A DNA stretch of 64,000 bases from Candidatus Portnoybacteria bacterium. Its GTDB lineage: Bacteria > Patescibacteriota > Minisyncoccia > Portnoybacterales > GWB1-42-6. The stretch is from NCBI GenBank assembly GCA_028688325.1, contig JAQTYI010000002.1, forward strand, positions 76,379 through 140,378. Direction: 5' to 3'. Both the position numbers and the translations under genes were made by a program. Positions within the stretch are counted from its first letter, which is position 1; each line of letters begins with the position of its first letter. The notes beneath the pieces are model-generated. The model saw nothing but the letters and a program-made list of their open reading frames with translations. It made no database searches and had not been told where the DNA came from. Positions 54,571 to 64,000 of this stretch are shown here, one piece after another.

Positions 54571-56433
54571 TTACAAAAAATACTTTTCCCACCAGCGCTG
54601 AAAAACTACAAGCTCCCAAATTTTGTTCGACATCCGGGTAAATTCTTCTGAAGAAAAGGCCGGCTGGCTAGAAGAATAATAGCATCCAAGCAGCCTTTTG
54701 ACAATATTTGGATCAAATAAACCGTGCGCCTTAAGGCGCTTCGATAAAAGAGCTTCTTCGACAAAACCGCGCATATTTTTAAAAAGCCAATAATTAAGAG
54801 GCAAGATAAAACCCTCTTTGGGCCGGTTTATTATATGAGCGGGCAGATAACCTTGAGCTGCTTGCTTCAATACATACTTGACCGATCCCCGCTTAATCTT
54901 CAAGCTGCCGGGAATGGTCGCCGCGAATTCAACCAGGCGCGTATCCAAAAAAGGCGGGCGCAGCTCAATCGAATGAGCCATAGATAATTTGTCACTGTAA
55001 GAAAGCACCTGGTCCGGAAAAACACCCTTGAATTCGGCTTCAAGAACCTTATTGAGCGCATCGCGGCTGGTTCCGGCGGCAAAATATCCTCTCCATAACT
55101 TACCGGTGTCGAATCCGCGAATACGAGTCTTGAATTTCTTGCTATAAAAGACTTTCTTTTCCATTTCGCTGAAAACGGATAATTGTGATCGCCATTGCCA
55201 AGGCTTCATCTTTTTGAACCGGCGCAAGATTTTTTCATCGTTCAGAGAGAGGCCAATATCTTTCAGCGCGGCCTCGTCGAAACCGGAGGCCTGGAAAGAT
55301 TCCAGGGGCGAGGCGAGACGATGTGACAAATAACTTCCGAAAAGTTCGTCGCCGCCGTCGCCCGAAAGCGCCACTTTGACATATTTTTTTATGAGCCGCG
55401 AAATGAAAAAAGTCGAAGTCACCGCCGCGAAAGGCTCATCAAATGCTCCGATCACATCGTCAATACCCTCAGGAATCTCTTTCCAAGACATTATATATTC
55501 ATGGTGACAAGTTTTATAAAGCTTAGAGATTTCCCTGGCGGCGTTCAGATCATCGAGTTTGTTTTCAAATTTTTCTTCGTAGCCTAAGCAAAACGTGTTG
55601 ATCGGCTTTTTTGTGCATTCGCTCATCAAAGCCAAAACAAGGCTTGAATCAAGTCCGCCGCTGAGATACGCGCCCACCGTAACATCGCTCCTCATTCTCA
55701 GCCTGACCGAATCGGAAAGAAGTTTAATTATTTTTTGAGCGGCTTCTTTTTCCTCGATTTCATTGTTTTCTTTATATTCAAAATCCCAGTATTTTTCTTT
55801 TTTTATCTTATTATTTGATATCGAAATCAGTTCGCCCGGGACCAAAGAAAAAATCCCCTTAAACATAGTTTTAGGCGCCGGCGTGTGCTTTAAGGACAAA
55901 TAATGATGCAGGCTTTCAATTTCAATTTCTTTTTTATACCCAGGATGGGCCAGGATCGCCTTGATTTCCGAGCCAAAAATAAAATTTCCGCCGCCGAAAA
56001 AATAATAAAGAGGCTTAATCCCTATCTGATCTCTAACAAGGATCAGCTTCCCCAACCGGCAGTCCCAGATCGCGATGGCGAACATCCCATTGAGGCGAAC
56101 CGGAAAATCAAGGCCGTATTCTTCATAAAGATGAACGATAGTTTCAGTATCTGACTTCGTTGAAAAAATATGACCCTTTTTTTCCAGGTCATCTTTCAGC
56201 TCTAAATAATTAAAAATCTCTCCGTTAAAGACGACCCAGACGGTTTTGTCTTCGTTAGAAATCGGCTGACGCCCGCCGGTCAGATCGATTATGCTCAAAC
56301 GGCGCATCCCCAAATTGATACCATCACCGACGTAAAAACCCTCATCATCGGGCCCACGATGCTCCAGGGTGTCCGTCATCTTTTTTATCAACCGCTCATC
56401 AGGCTGACCGCTAAAACCGCAAATTCCGCACAT
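54571..56433 (-). CDS. asnB: Asparagine synthase (glutamine-hydrolysing) family amidotransferase
   Basis: MCGICG, HRGPD, RRLSIIDL, NGEIFN, LSGGLDSS, SGDGGDELF. In this context probably a glycan amidotransferase. Confidence 0.93.
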   Translation of the reverse strand: MCGICGFSGQPDERLIKKMTDTLEHRGPDDEGFYVGDGINLGMRRLSIIDLTGGRQPISNEDKTVWVVFNGEIFNYLELKDDLEKKGHIFSTKSDTETIVHLYEEYGLDFPVRLNGMFAIAIWDCRLGKLILVRDQIGIKPLYYFFGGGNFIFGSEIKAILAHPGYKKEIEIESLHHYLSLKHTPAPKTMFKGIFSLVPGELISISNNKIKKEKYWDFEYKENNEIEEKEAAQKIIKLLSDSVRLRMRSDVTVGAYLSGGLDSSLVLALMSECTKKPINTFCLGYEEKFENKLDDLNAAREISKLYKTCHHEYIMSWKEIPEGIDDVIGAFDEPFAAVTSTFFISRLIKKYVKVALSGDGGDELFGSYLSHRLASPLESFQASGFDEAALKDIGLSLNDEKILRRFKKMKPWQWRSQLSVFSEMEKKVFYSKKFKTRIRGFDTGKLWRGYFAAGTSRDALNKVLEAEFKGVFPDQVLSYSDKLSMAHSIELRPPFLDTRLVEFAATIPGSLKIKRGSVKYVLKQAAQGYLPAHIINRPKEGFILPLNYWLFKNMRGFVEEALLSKRLKAHGLFDPNIVKRLLGCYYSSSQPAFSSEEFTRMSNKIWELVVFQRWWEKYFL

Positions 56434-56437
56434 ATTT

Positions 56438-57310
56438 TTACTCCCGCCTATTAACATTTAATCTGCAAATAACGCCTTTCTTTATAACCTCTCTTTGACC
56501 CAAAACCACCCATTTGAACCACAACCGGAAAATATCTTCTATGGAATCAATTATGGCCCCCAGCCTTGTCCCCTTGGCCTCGCCGGCTTTCCTGGGAATA
56601 AAATTCACCGGAACTTCTTTTATGGACAGCCCGTGCCAATAAGACTTTATCAATCCTTCGGGATTGGCAAAAGAACTTTTCGCTTCATATTTTACCGACT
56701 GGATCCATTTGGTTGGATAAAAAGTGATATTCTGAAAATCCGAAAGAGGCACCCGAAAAAGAACCCTTATAAGAAGATAATTGATGACCGACACGACAGC
56801 TTTAAATATCGTGTCGGAGCGCTTGGTCAAGTGCTTAACGCCGAAAAGTTTTAAAATTACGGCCACTGGGGCTAAAAACCTTAATTTTATCTCTACTGGA
56901 CTCCGCCTGACACCTTGAACGATATCGTAGGTTTTTAGATTTTCTAAAAACAACCTCAAGTATGAAACATCGTAACACCAATCCACCATTTGCCAAAATA
57001 AATAATCTTTGGTAGCCGCCTGAATCGCCCGCCGGCTGGAATAGCCAATATTCAAATTCTTATGGTTCCGGAATATTTTTAATCGCGGATTCTTGGCCCG
57101 GATCGACTCGGCGATTTCGTAGGTTTTATCTGTGCTACCATCGTCTATCAGAATAATTTCATAGTCGTACACCGCCTCATCCATCAGGTTTAACGCTCTT
57201 TCCAGAAACTCCTTAATCAAAAGCTCTTCATTATAAGCCCAGCTGAGCAAAGAAACACTCCGGTCAAATTTACCATTTAATAAATTTTTTAATCCGTTAT
57301 CTTTAGTCAT
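56438..57310 (-). CDS. GT2 glycosyltransferase
   Basis: AYNEE, IDDGSTD, N.NIG, EVPVNFIPR. The DxD motif is atypical (MVD). Confidence 0.85.
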   Translation of the reverse strand: MTKDNGLKNLLNGKFDRSVSLLSWAYNEELLIKEFLERALNLMDEAVYDYEIILIDDGSTDKTYEIAESIRAKNPRLKIFRNHKNLNIGYSSRRAIQAATKDYLFWQMVDWCYDVSYLRLFLENLKTYDIVQGVRRSPVEIKLRFLAPVAVILKLFGVKHLTKRSDTIFKAVVSVINYLLIRVLFRVPLSDFQNITFYPTKWIQSVKYEAKSSFANPEGLIKSYWHGLSIKEVPVNFIPRKAGEAKGTRLGAIIDSIEDIFRLWFKWVVLGQREVIKKGVICRLNVNRRE

Positions 57311-57343
57311 GATATTTATTGTTTAAAATATGGCCGACCTTGT

Positions 57344-58360
57344 TTATATTTTTTGCTCCGTAGCCTTCAATTTGGTCCTGGCCAATAAAATTAAATCTGA
57401 TCCCTCTATGATGCCTCCTATCATACCTATAGTCAAAGAGAGCACCCCGAAAGCCAGAGACAAGAAAAGCGCCGATTCCCTGGCTATCCCGACAGAACCC
57501 AAAAAATAAACAAAAGAACCCTCTCTGATGCCAAAACCAAAAAAGGTGACCGGAGCCAAAATTAAGGCGAGGTTAGACAGACAATTTACGACAAAAACAT
57601 CAAAAAAAGAAACATCTATACTAGCAGCCGCGGCCAGCGCATAAATAGCGACTGAGCTGATCACATACATTATAGCCCCCACCGCCACAGCCCAAGCCAA
57701 TAAAAAATAGTTTTTTGAATAAGATCGGAGCGCAAAAAAAACTTTATCTAAAATATCTTCCGCCGGAGAATATATCCTTGCCGCTATCTTTTTTAAACAA
57801 ACCTCTATTTCCCCCATAAACAGCAAAGAACAAAAAAATAAAGCCAGGAGGGCGACTGAGATTATCGCCAACTCGTGATAATAAGGGAATCCTTCAGAAC
57901 CCGGAACAAAAGAGCCAAGAACAATAGACAAAAGTAAGCCGACAAAACCGGTCAAACGATCCATAAAAATAGCGCTCACAAGAACTCGCCTATCTTGCGA
58001 AGTCTTAAAAACCCGATAGCACTTGATCAGATCGCCGGTGACTGCCCCACCAGGCATGATCGCGGTATAGAATAAGCCGATCAAGTTCAGCTTCAAATAA
58101 TAAATCAGTTTCAATTTAGCGCCTAAAAAAGAGGCCAACCGGCGCCATTTAACGGTGCTGATAAAAAAATGCGCGCTACAAATAAAAAATGCAACCAGCA
58201 CCAAACTAAGACTGGTCTTAAAAAAAACTGAATAAAAAACCTTAAACTCTATTTTTAAAAAAATTAAATATAGGATAAGGAAAGTGGCAACCATCCGTAA
58301 AAAAAAGAGAGTTTTATTTTTTTGTTCTTTTTGTTTCAAAAACATACATATAAGCCCCAA
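57344..58360 (-). CDS. Flippase-like membrane protein (UPF0104 family)
   Basis: KWRRL, MPGGAVTGD, DRLTG, PVTFFGFGIREG. Confidence 0.85.
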   Translation of the reverse strand: MGLICMFLKQKEQKNKTLFFLRMVATFLILYLIFLKIEFKVFYSVFFKTSLSLVLVAFFICSAHFFISTVKWRRLASFLGAKLKLIYYLKLNLIGLFYTAIMPGGAVTGDLIKCYRVFKTSQDRRVLVSAIFMDRLTGFVGLLLSIVLGSFVPGSEGFPYYHELAIISVALLALFFCSLLFMGEIEVCLKKIAARIYSPAEDILDKVFFALRSYSKNYFLLAWAVAVGAIMYVISSVAIYALAAAASIDVSFFDVFVVNCLSNLALILAPVTFFGFGIREGSFVYFLGSVGIARESALFLSLAFGVLSLTIGMIGGIIEGSDLILLARTKLKATEQKI

Positions 58361-58366
58361 CAGCCA

Positions 58367-59020
58367 CTATTGATCTCGCTTCTTAACCGCGATATAAACA
58401 TTGGCGTAGACCGCTGGTTCTCCTTTTATCCTGCCGTCCAGCCAAGCCGCCAATTTTTGACTCCAACGCAAAAACCTATTAGCCCAAGGCCCTTGTTTTT
58501 TTTCTTTATAGGCCTTAAAACGGCTAAAAAAAGACAATCGGACCAGTTCTTTAAGCGTAGTAAAGAATTTTCCGTAAGATTCGCACTCTAAAATTTCAAA
58601 ACCGGCGTTCCGAAACAAAGATATTAACCCGTCTTTGGTGTAGCGAAAATAATCTTTGGGGTCGGGATGATAGGGCGCCAAGAATGGGCATGATAAAACA
58701 CATATTCCGCCACTCTTTAATACCCGGAATATCTCCTCTATCATTACCCATGGCTTCTCAACATGCTCTAAAACTTGGGTCGAAATGACCGTATCAAAAG
58801 AGCCGTCTTCAAACGGCAAAGCCAAAACATCCCCCACCACATCTATATGTTCGCCCGGGAACATATCTAAAGCGATGTATTCGGTCGCTTTGTCTTTTAT
58901 AATATCGCGGTATTTGGCCGAACCCGCCCCCAAATCCAAGGTCCGTCCGACAATGAAACGGGTAAAATATTGGACCGCTTCCTTGGTTTGAGTTATATTT
59001 TTATCGTTAATTTTTTTCAT
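58367..59020 (-). CDS. Class I SAM-dependent methyltransferase
   Basis: LDLGAG, LPFEDGSFD, QVLEHV, HPDPKDYFRYT. Confidence 0.9.
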   Translation of the reverse strand: MKKINDKNITQTKEAVQYFTRFIVGRTLDLGAGSAKYRDIIKDKATEYIALDMFPGEHIDVVGDVLALPFEDGSFDTVISTQVLEHVEKPWVMIEEIFRVLKSGGICVLSCPFLAPYHPDPKDYFRYTKDGLISLFRNAGFEILECESYGKFFTTLKELVRLSFFSRFKAYKEKKQGPWANRFLRWSQKLAAWLDGRIKGEPAVYANVYIAVKKRDQ

Positions 59021-59708
59021 TTTCGCAGACCAAAAAATTCAAGAATGACCAGTTAGGCCAGGCAAAAATATTTAAAATTCGGTGCCAACCGACCATACGG
59101 CTCGGGAAAAAATAAGTCAGCAAAGAAGAAACGGGAAAGGTCGGAAAAAGACCCCGCCTTTTTTTTATCGTGAACTTAAATTCCCTCAGAAGCTCCAAGT
59201 ATTCGGCGATCGGACGGTCGCTGATATGGCGCTTCGCCTCGGAGGTCCTGATGAGCCGGCCCAGAAAGAAAAAAGTGAACCGGGAAGCAAAATGCGCCAA
59301 ATTGGACAAAGTCAGGATCAAAGTTCCGCCCGGCTTTAATATCCTCTTTATTTCTTTCAGCGCCGCTTCCTGGTCTTCAAAAGATAGATGTTCTAACACG
59401 CAAAGACACAGCGCTGTGTCAAAGCTGTTATCGGCAAATCCCGTTCGCGTGAGGCCGCGTTTTAAAACAAATTCGGATTCGTAATTCAGGTCCAGCCCGA
59501 CAATATCATATCCCCTTTCTTTGAACTTCTCCACTAAAACCCCTTCCCCGCAACCCAAGTCAATGATCTTCCGGCTTTTATCCAAACTCGTTAAGGTTTT
59601 TTCCACCAATCTCATCTTGGCCACATACACGGGAAAAAACCGCCAGTCATTATCGAGGTTCTTATGGTAATCGCCTTTTTCCAGATATTCGTTCTCTCTA
59701 TTAGCCAT
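59007..59708 (-). CDS. Class I SAM-dependent methyltransferase
   Basis: IDLGCGEG, DNSFD, VLEHL, RILKPGG. Confidence 0.9.
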   Translation of the reverse strand: MANRENEYLEKGDYHKNLDNDWRFFPVYVAKMRLVEKTLTSLDKSRKIIDLGCGEGVLVEKFKERGYDIVGLDLNYESEFVLKRGLTRTGFADNSFDTALCLCVLEHLSFEDQEAALKEIKRILKPGGTLILTLSNLAHFASRFTFFFLGRLIRTSEAKRHISDRPIAEYLELLREFKFTIKKRRGLFPTFPVSSLLTYFFPSRMVGWHRILNIFAWPNWSFLNFLVCENEKN

Positions 59709-59730
59709 TGTTAATCATCTTACCAAAAAC

Positions 59731-59759
59731 TTGTAAAAAATCAAAATTTTTAGTATTAT
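59731..59759 (+). promoter_or_regulatory. Putative sigma70 promoter in a divergent intergenic region
   Basis: TTGTAA-17 bp-TATTAT. Confidence 0.5.
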
Positions 59760-59793
59760 TAGCATATCTTAATCCGTTGATTTTTATATCATC

Positions 59794-60747
59794 ATGGCAA
59801 ACGAAATCTATCTTTCTCTGGTCTCTCCGGTCTGCAACGAAGAGCCCAGTCTGAAAGAACTCTACGCGAAAATTAAAAAAGCTCTCGGCGCCATTGATAA
59901 AAAGTCCGAGATAATTTTTGTTGACGACGGCTCTTCCGATAACAGCTTCCGCCTGCTGCGGGAGCTGGCCGCCAACGACGATGGCGTAAAGATCGTCCGC
60001 TTCATCCGGAACTATGGCCAAACCGCGGCCTTGGCGGCCGGGTTTGATCTGGCCCAAGGCGAGGTCATAATCCAGATGGATGCCGATCTGCAAGATGACC
60101 CAGAGGATATTCCCAGGTTTTTAGAAAAGATCAACGAGGGCTACGACCTGGTGGTCGGCTGGCGGAAGAACCGGCAGGACCGGTACCTGACCAAAACCTT
60201 ACCCTCAAAGATCGCCAACGCCATCATTTCCCGGATCACCAAAGTTAAGCTCCATGATTATGGCTCTCCCATGAAAGCTTACCGGAGCGGGATATTAAAA
60301 AATATATCTCTCTATGGAGAGATGCACCGCTTCATCCCCGCTTATATGGCCTGGCACGGCGCCAAGATCATTGAGATAGAAGCCACGCATCACGCGCGGC
60401 AGTTCGGCCAAACCAAATACACCCTCTGGAAGACCTTTAAGGTCATCTTAGATGTCATCACGGTAAAATTTCTGCTTAACTACATTAACCGGCCTATGCA
60501 TTTTTTTGGCGGCGCGGGCTTTTTTGCTTTGGCCGCCAGCTTTTTAACCCTGGCCGCGGCCCTGATCCTCAAATTCGGCTATCAATTCAACCTAAATCGC
60601 AATCCGCTCCTGCTCATTTCGGTTTTCTTAGCTATCGTCGGCGTGATGTTCATTCTGCTTGGCCTGCTGGCTGAAATATTAGTCCGGGTATATTTTGCCG
60701 CCCAGAATAAGCAAAGCTATATCGTCAAAGAAAAAATAAATCTATAA
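59794..60747 (+). CDS. GT2 undecaprenyl-phosphate glycosyltransferase (ArnC-like)
   Basis: VDDGSSD, RNYGQTAA, MDADLQDDP, LYGEMHRFIP; two C-terminal TM helices. Confidence 0.93.
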   Translation: MANEIYLSLVSPVCNEEPSLKELYAKIKKALGAIDKKSEIIFVDDGSSDNSFRLLRELAANDDGVKIVRFIRNYGQTAALAAGFDLAQGEVIIQMDADLQDDPEDIPRFLEKINEGYDLVVGWRKNRQDRYLTKTLPSKIANAIISRITKVKLHDYGSPMKAYRSGILKNISLYGEMHRFIPAYMAWHGAKIIEIEATHHARQFGQTKYTLWKTFKVILDVITVKFLLNYINRPMHFFGGAGFFALAASFLTLAAALILKFGYQFNLNRNPLLLISVFLAIVGVMFILLGLLAEILVRVYFAAQNKQSYIVKEKINL

Positions 60748-61997
60748 TGCGCTTTTTTTCCAAGCTCCCCAGAGCCAAGGCCTATTTGAAATTATCAGAA
60801 TTGCTGATGATTTTTTTAAAGATACTGTCCACCAAGCTTCAGGCCGGCGAAAAAACGATAGCCTGGGAAGCGGCCTTCAGTGAGCGCCTGGGCTCCACCG
60901 GCGCTCTTTGTTTATCCCGGGCCCGGTTAGCCTTATTTTTTTTACTGAAAAATCTGGGCCTGCCGGCGGGCAGCGAAATCATTATGACCCCCCTGACCAT
61001 CGCCGATATGGTCAACGCGGTGCGCTGGGCGAAGTTGAAGCCGGTTTTTTGCGACTTGGGCGTCAATACCTATAATATCGACTACCGGATGCTGCGCCAA
61101 CTCATTACTCCGCGCACCCGCATCCTTTTTATCACCCACCTGAATGGCCTGGCCACGGATATGGACGAGATAATGGCCATCGCCCGCCAGCATAGTTTGA
61201 TAGTTATTGAAGACGCCTCTCAAGCCTTGGGCGCCGCTTTCAAAGGTAAAACGCTGGGAACGTTCGGGCTGGCCGGTATCTTCAGCCTATCTTTCATGAA
61301 AACCTGCTGCACTCTTTTTGGCGGAATGATAATTTCCGATGACCGCGAGCTCCTGAAAAAAATCCGCCAAGAAACCAGAAATTTTCCGGCACCCGGCAGA
61401 GTCTCTTTATTGAAAGAAACTATCAGGAATATTATAATTTATCTGGCCACCAACCGTTTTGTTTTTTCGCTGGGCACCTATTATTTCATAAAATTTTCCG
61501 GCCGCCTGGTCGCCAAATTCATTAAGAGCAATCCACCGGCCGAATTGACCGACGAGCCGCCAAAAAAGCTTCTTTGCTCTTATACCGATTGCCAAGCCGA
61601 GCTGGGGCTAAAAATATTAAAGCGCTTATCAGCGGAGGATGGGCAAAGAATAAAAAATGTTGAAGCCTTGACCGCCGCGCTCTCCGGTGAAGCAAAAAAA
61701 TATCTTCCGCTTATACTGCCGGAAACTAAAAATGTTTTTTGGCGCCTGCCCTTCCAGACCAACGATCCGATAAATTTCCAAAAATACTTGCTGAAGAATT
61801 ATATCGATAGCGCCAGTACCAATCTGATCGTGGCCACGGAAGAGGAAGCCTTCAAAGAATACGCCGGCCAACCCGCGCCCAACGCCCAACTCGCCCACCA
61901 AACAATATTCCTGCCTGTCCACTCCTCTTTCAGCGCCAACGATATGAGATTCCTGGCGCGAATTCTAAATAATTATACCGGCCAAAACCGAGCCTAA
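60747..61997 (+). CDS. DegT-family PLP-dependent aminotransferase (divergent)
   Basis: THLNG, IEDASQALG, LGTFG..GIFSLSFMK...GG. Confidence 0.85.
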   Translation: MRFFSKLPRAKAYLKLSELLMIFLKILSTKLQAGEKTIAWEAAFSERLGSTGALCLSRARLALFFLLKNLGLPAGSEIIMTPLTIADMVNAVRWAKLKPVFCDLGVNTYNIDYRMLRQLITPRTRILFITHLNGLATDMDEIMAIARQHSLIVIEDASQALGAAFKGKTLGTFGLAGIFSLSFMKTCCTLFGGMIISDDRELLKKIRQETRNFPAPGRVSLLKETIRNIIIYLATNRFVFSLGTYYFIKFSGRLVAKFIKSNPPAELTDEPPKKLLCSYTDCQAELGLKILKRLSAEDGQRIKNVEALTAALSGEAKKYLPLILPETKNVFWRLPFQTNDPINFQKYLLKNYIDSASTNLIVATEEEAFKEYAGQPAPNAQLAHQTIFLPVHSSFSANDMRFLARILNNYTGQNRA

Positions 61998-62001
61998 AAA
62001 T

Positions 62002-63099
62002 ATGCTTAAACAGCTTAAACGCCAGTACCATAATATTTTCAAAATCGGCGCGGTTTCCCCCTGGCCGCTGCTACGCAACGGCCTGACCTTTCCTTTCCGC
62101 TATAAATTCAATCTGGACTCCAAACCCGTCAACATCATCTGGGACATCACTTATCGCTGCAACCTCAATTGCCATTATTGTTTTTTTGCCGTCAGCCGAC
62201 CGCTAAAAAAAGAGGTTGAGTTGCCGACCGAAAAAATAATCAAATTCGTCTCGCAAGTTGCCAAATATAAGCCCAGTTTTTATTTTACCGGCGGCGAACC
62301 GCTGCTGCGACCGGACCTGGAAAAAATAATCGCGGCCATCCGCGCCAATAAAATGAAGGTCGGCCTGAACACCAACGCCACTTTAATGACCCGCGAGCGC
62401 CTGCTTAGCATGGATAAAGCCGGTTTGAACTACATCATCGTTTCGCTCGACCCGAACAAAGAAACAACGGATAAAGCGCGCGGAGCGGGTGTCTACGACA
62501 AAGCCCTGCAAACCATCAAGATGGCCAAAGAGATGAATTTGCGAGTCCGCCTGACGGTTAACTGCGTGGTGGACGAAACCAATTTCCAATATTTGGACGG
62601 CTTCCTGGACATGATCGAAACGCTCAATGTTGACGCGCTGAAATTATCATTTGTGCATTTCAGCGCCGGCGCCGAGATAAAGAACCATGTGGCCGATTGC
62701 GCGCGTCGGCTCGGGATCGACGCCAATTGGGCGCCCGATTGTTTTCAAAAAGAAATCCCGGGTTTTGGCGAAGAGATTGCCGCCAAAATCCGATCCCTCA
62801 TGCCAAAGATCAAACGAATGAAAACACCGGTATCTTTCAACCCCAATCTCAGCGAAAAAGAAACCGTTAACTGGTTCAACTCCGCCAAGCCCTTGAACCG
62901 AAAATGCCTTTTCATTTTCAATGTGGTCCGGTTGTCGCCCAACGGCGATATTTATCCCTGCCAGCTCGTCAACCACCCGGTCGGCAACATCACGCAAGGC
63001 GATTTTCTTAAAATTTACAATAATCAATTCTATAAGACCCTGCGCCGAGAATTCAAAAAGGCGCCCTTCCCCGCCTGCTTGCGCTGCAACAAACAATAA
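62002..63099 (+). CDS. Radical SAM protein with SPASM/twitch domain
   Basis: CNLNCHYC, TGGEPLLR, NTNA, C...PNGDIYPC, CLRC. Confidence 0.92.
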   Translation: MLKQLKRQYHNIFKIGAVSPWPLLRNGLTFPFRYKFNLDSKPVNIIWDITYRCNLNCHYCFFAVSRPLKKEVELPTEKIIKFVSQVAKYKPSFYFTGGEPLLRPDLEKIIAAIRANKMKVGLNTNATLMTRERLLSMDKAGLNYIIVSLDPNKETTDKARGAGVYDKALQTIKMAKEMNLRVRLTVNCVVDETNFQYLDGFLDMIETLNVDALKLSFVHFSAGAEIKNHVADCARRLGIDANWAPDCFQKEIPGFGEEIAAKIRSLMPKIKRMKTPVSFNPNLSEKETVNWFNSAKPLNRKCLFIFNVVRLSPNGDIYPCQLVNHPVGNITQGDFLKIYNNQFYKTLRREFKKAPFPACLRCNKQ

Positions 63100-63103
63100 T
63101 CCC

Positions 63104-64000
63104 ATGACAAACCAACCAAAAATAATTTTTACCCGCCCCTTGCTAACCCCGGAAGAGATGTACGGAGAGCTGGCCAGCGCCGGCGCGGCCGAGGCCTCAG
63201 TGGGCCTTTGTTCTTTAGCAGCCGCCACCCGGCAAGCCGGTTTTGGCACCCAAATAATCGACGCAGTCGCTTTAAATTTGAAAAATGACGAGCTGGCCGC
63301 TCAGATTGTGGCCGCCGCACCGGATTTTGTCGGCATTTCAGTGGTCACGCTAGCCGCCTATAACGCCGGCGACCTGGCCGAAAAAATAAAAAAATTAAAT
63401 CCCGAAATCATCACTCTGATCGGCGGCGTCCATATCACTTCCGTGCCGGAAGAGACCATGAAGCGCTTTCCCGCTTTTGATATCGGCATCATCGGCGAAG
63501 CGGAAATCACGATTGCGGAGTTATTAAAGGCCTTGCGCGATAAACGAAAATTAGCCGATATTCCCGGGCTGGTCCTTCGCCAAGAAGGCGCTCTGATAAA
63601 AACTCCCAAAAGAGAGTTCATCAAAGACCTTGATTCCTTGCCGCTGCCGGCTTGGGACCTCCTGCCCGATCTCCACCAATACTACAAGCCGCCGGCTTGG
63701 AGCTTGAACCAGGATACTTCCATGCTAATTATTTCTTCCCGCGGCTGTTCCAACGCCTGTATTTATTGCGACCGGGGCTGTTTTGGCACATTCGTGCGCA
63801 TCCACAGCGCCGACTATGTTTTTAAGATGATAAAAGACCTCTACGAAAACTACGGCGTTAAGCAGTTCCGCATCAACGACGATAATTTTATCCTTTTTAA
63901 ATCTCGGACCCGAGAAATTTGTCATAAAATAATTGAATCCAAGCTCCCCATCAAGTGGTCCTGTTTTGGCCGGGCCGACTCGGTGGAACCGGAAATGCTG
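63104..64000 (+). CDS. B12-binding radical SAM protein (partial, runs off the window)
   Basis: Not in the ORF track. Read manually: MTNQPKIIF..., GGVHIT, GEAE, DLDSLPLPAWDL, SRGCSNACIYC. Confidence 0.9.
   Translation, partial: MTNQPKIIFTRPLLTPEEMYGELASAGAAEASVGLCSLAAATRQAGFGTQIIDAVALNLKNDELAAQIVAAAPDFVGISVVTLAAYNAGDLAEKIKKLNPEIITLIGGVHITSVPEETMKRFPAFDIGIIGEAEITIAELLKALRDKRKLADIPGLVLRQEGALIKTPKREFIKDLDSLPLPAWDLLPDLHQYYKPPAWSLNQDTSMLIISSRGCSNACIYCDRGCFGTFVRIHSADYVFKMIKDLYENYGVKQFRINDDNFILFKSRTREICHKIIESKLPIKWSCFGRADSVEPEML

Overview
Bacterial chromosomal segment, most likely from a Patescibacteria (CPR, Parcubacteria-like) genome. That assignment is an inference from the short AlaRS lacking C-Ala, the sigma-region-4/HARE-HTH protein, the VirD4-like ATPase gene pair, the stand-alone PaaX/Cas2-like gene and the general lack of Shine-Dalgarno motifs. 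1-19 kb: housekeeping genes (alaS, mnmA, efp, secDF, secA) and a nucleotide-sanitising cluster. Several of these genes carry in-frame palindromic (REP/RPE-like) insertions. 19-29 kb: accessory block between secA and hpf. It contains a PaaX/Cas2-fold gene and an orphan cassette delimited by three loop-less perfect 40-48 bp palindromes with co-varying arms (my best candidate for an undescribed system), and a polyamine operon with two deoxyhypusine-synthase paralogs. 32.7-64 kb: a large surface-glycan locus with five B12-binding radical SAM and three SPASM/twitch radical SAM enzymes, plus a carbamoyltransferase, an amidotransferase, aminotransferases, GT2 and GT-C transferases and flippases. It includes an 18 kb block on the opposite strand. 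I recognised no rRNA, tRNA or CRISPR array. All calls come from motif recognition by eye, with no database searches.
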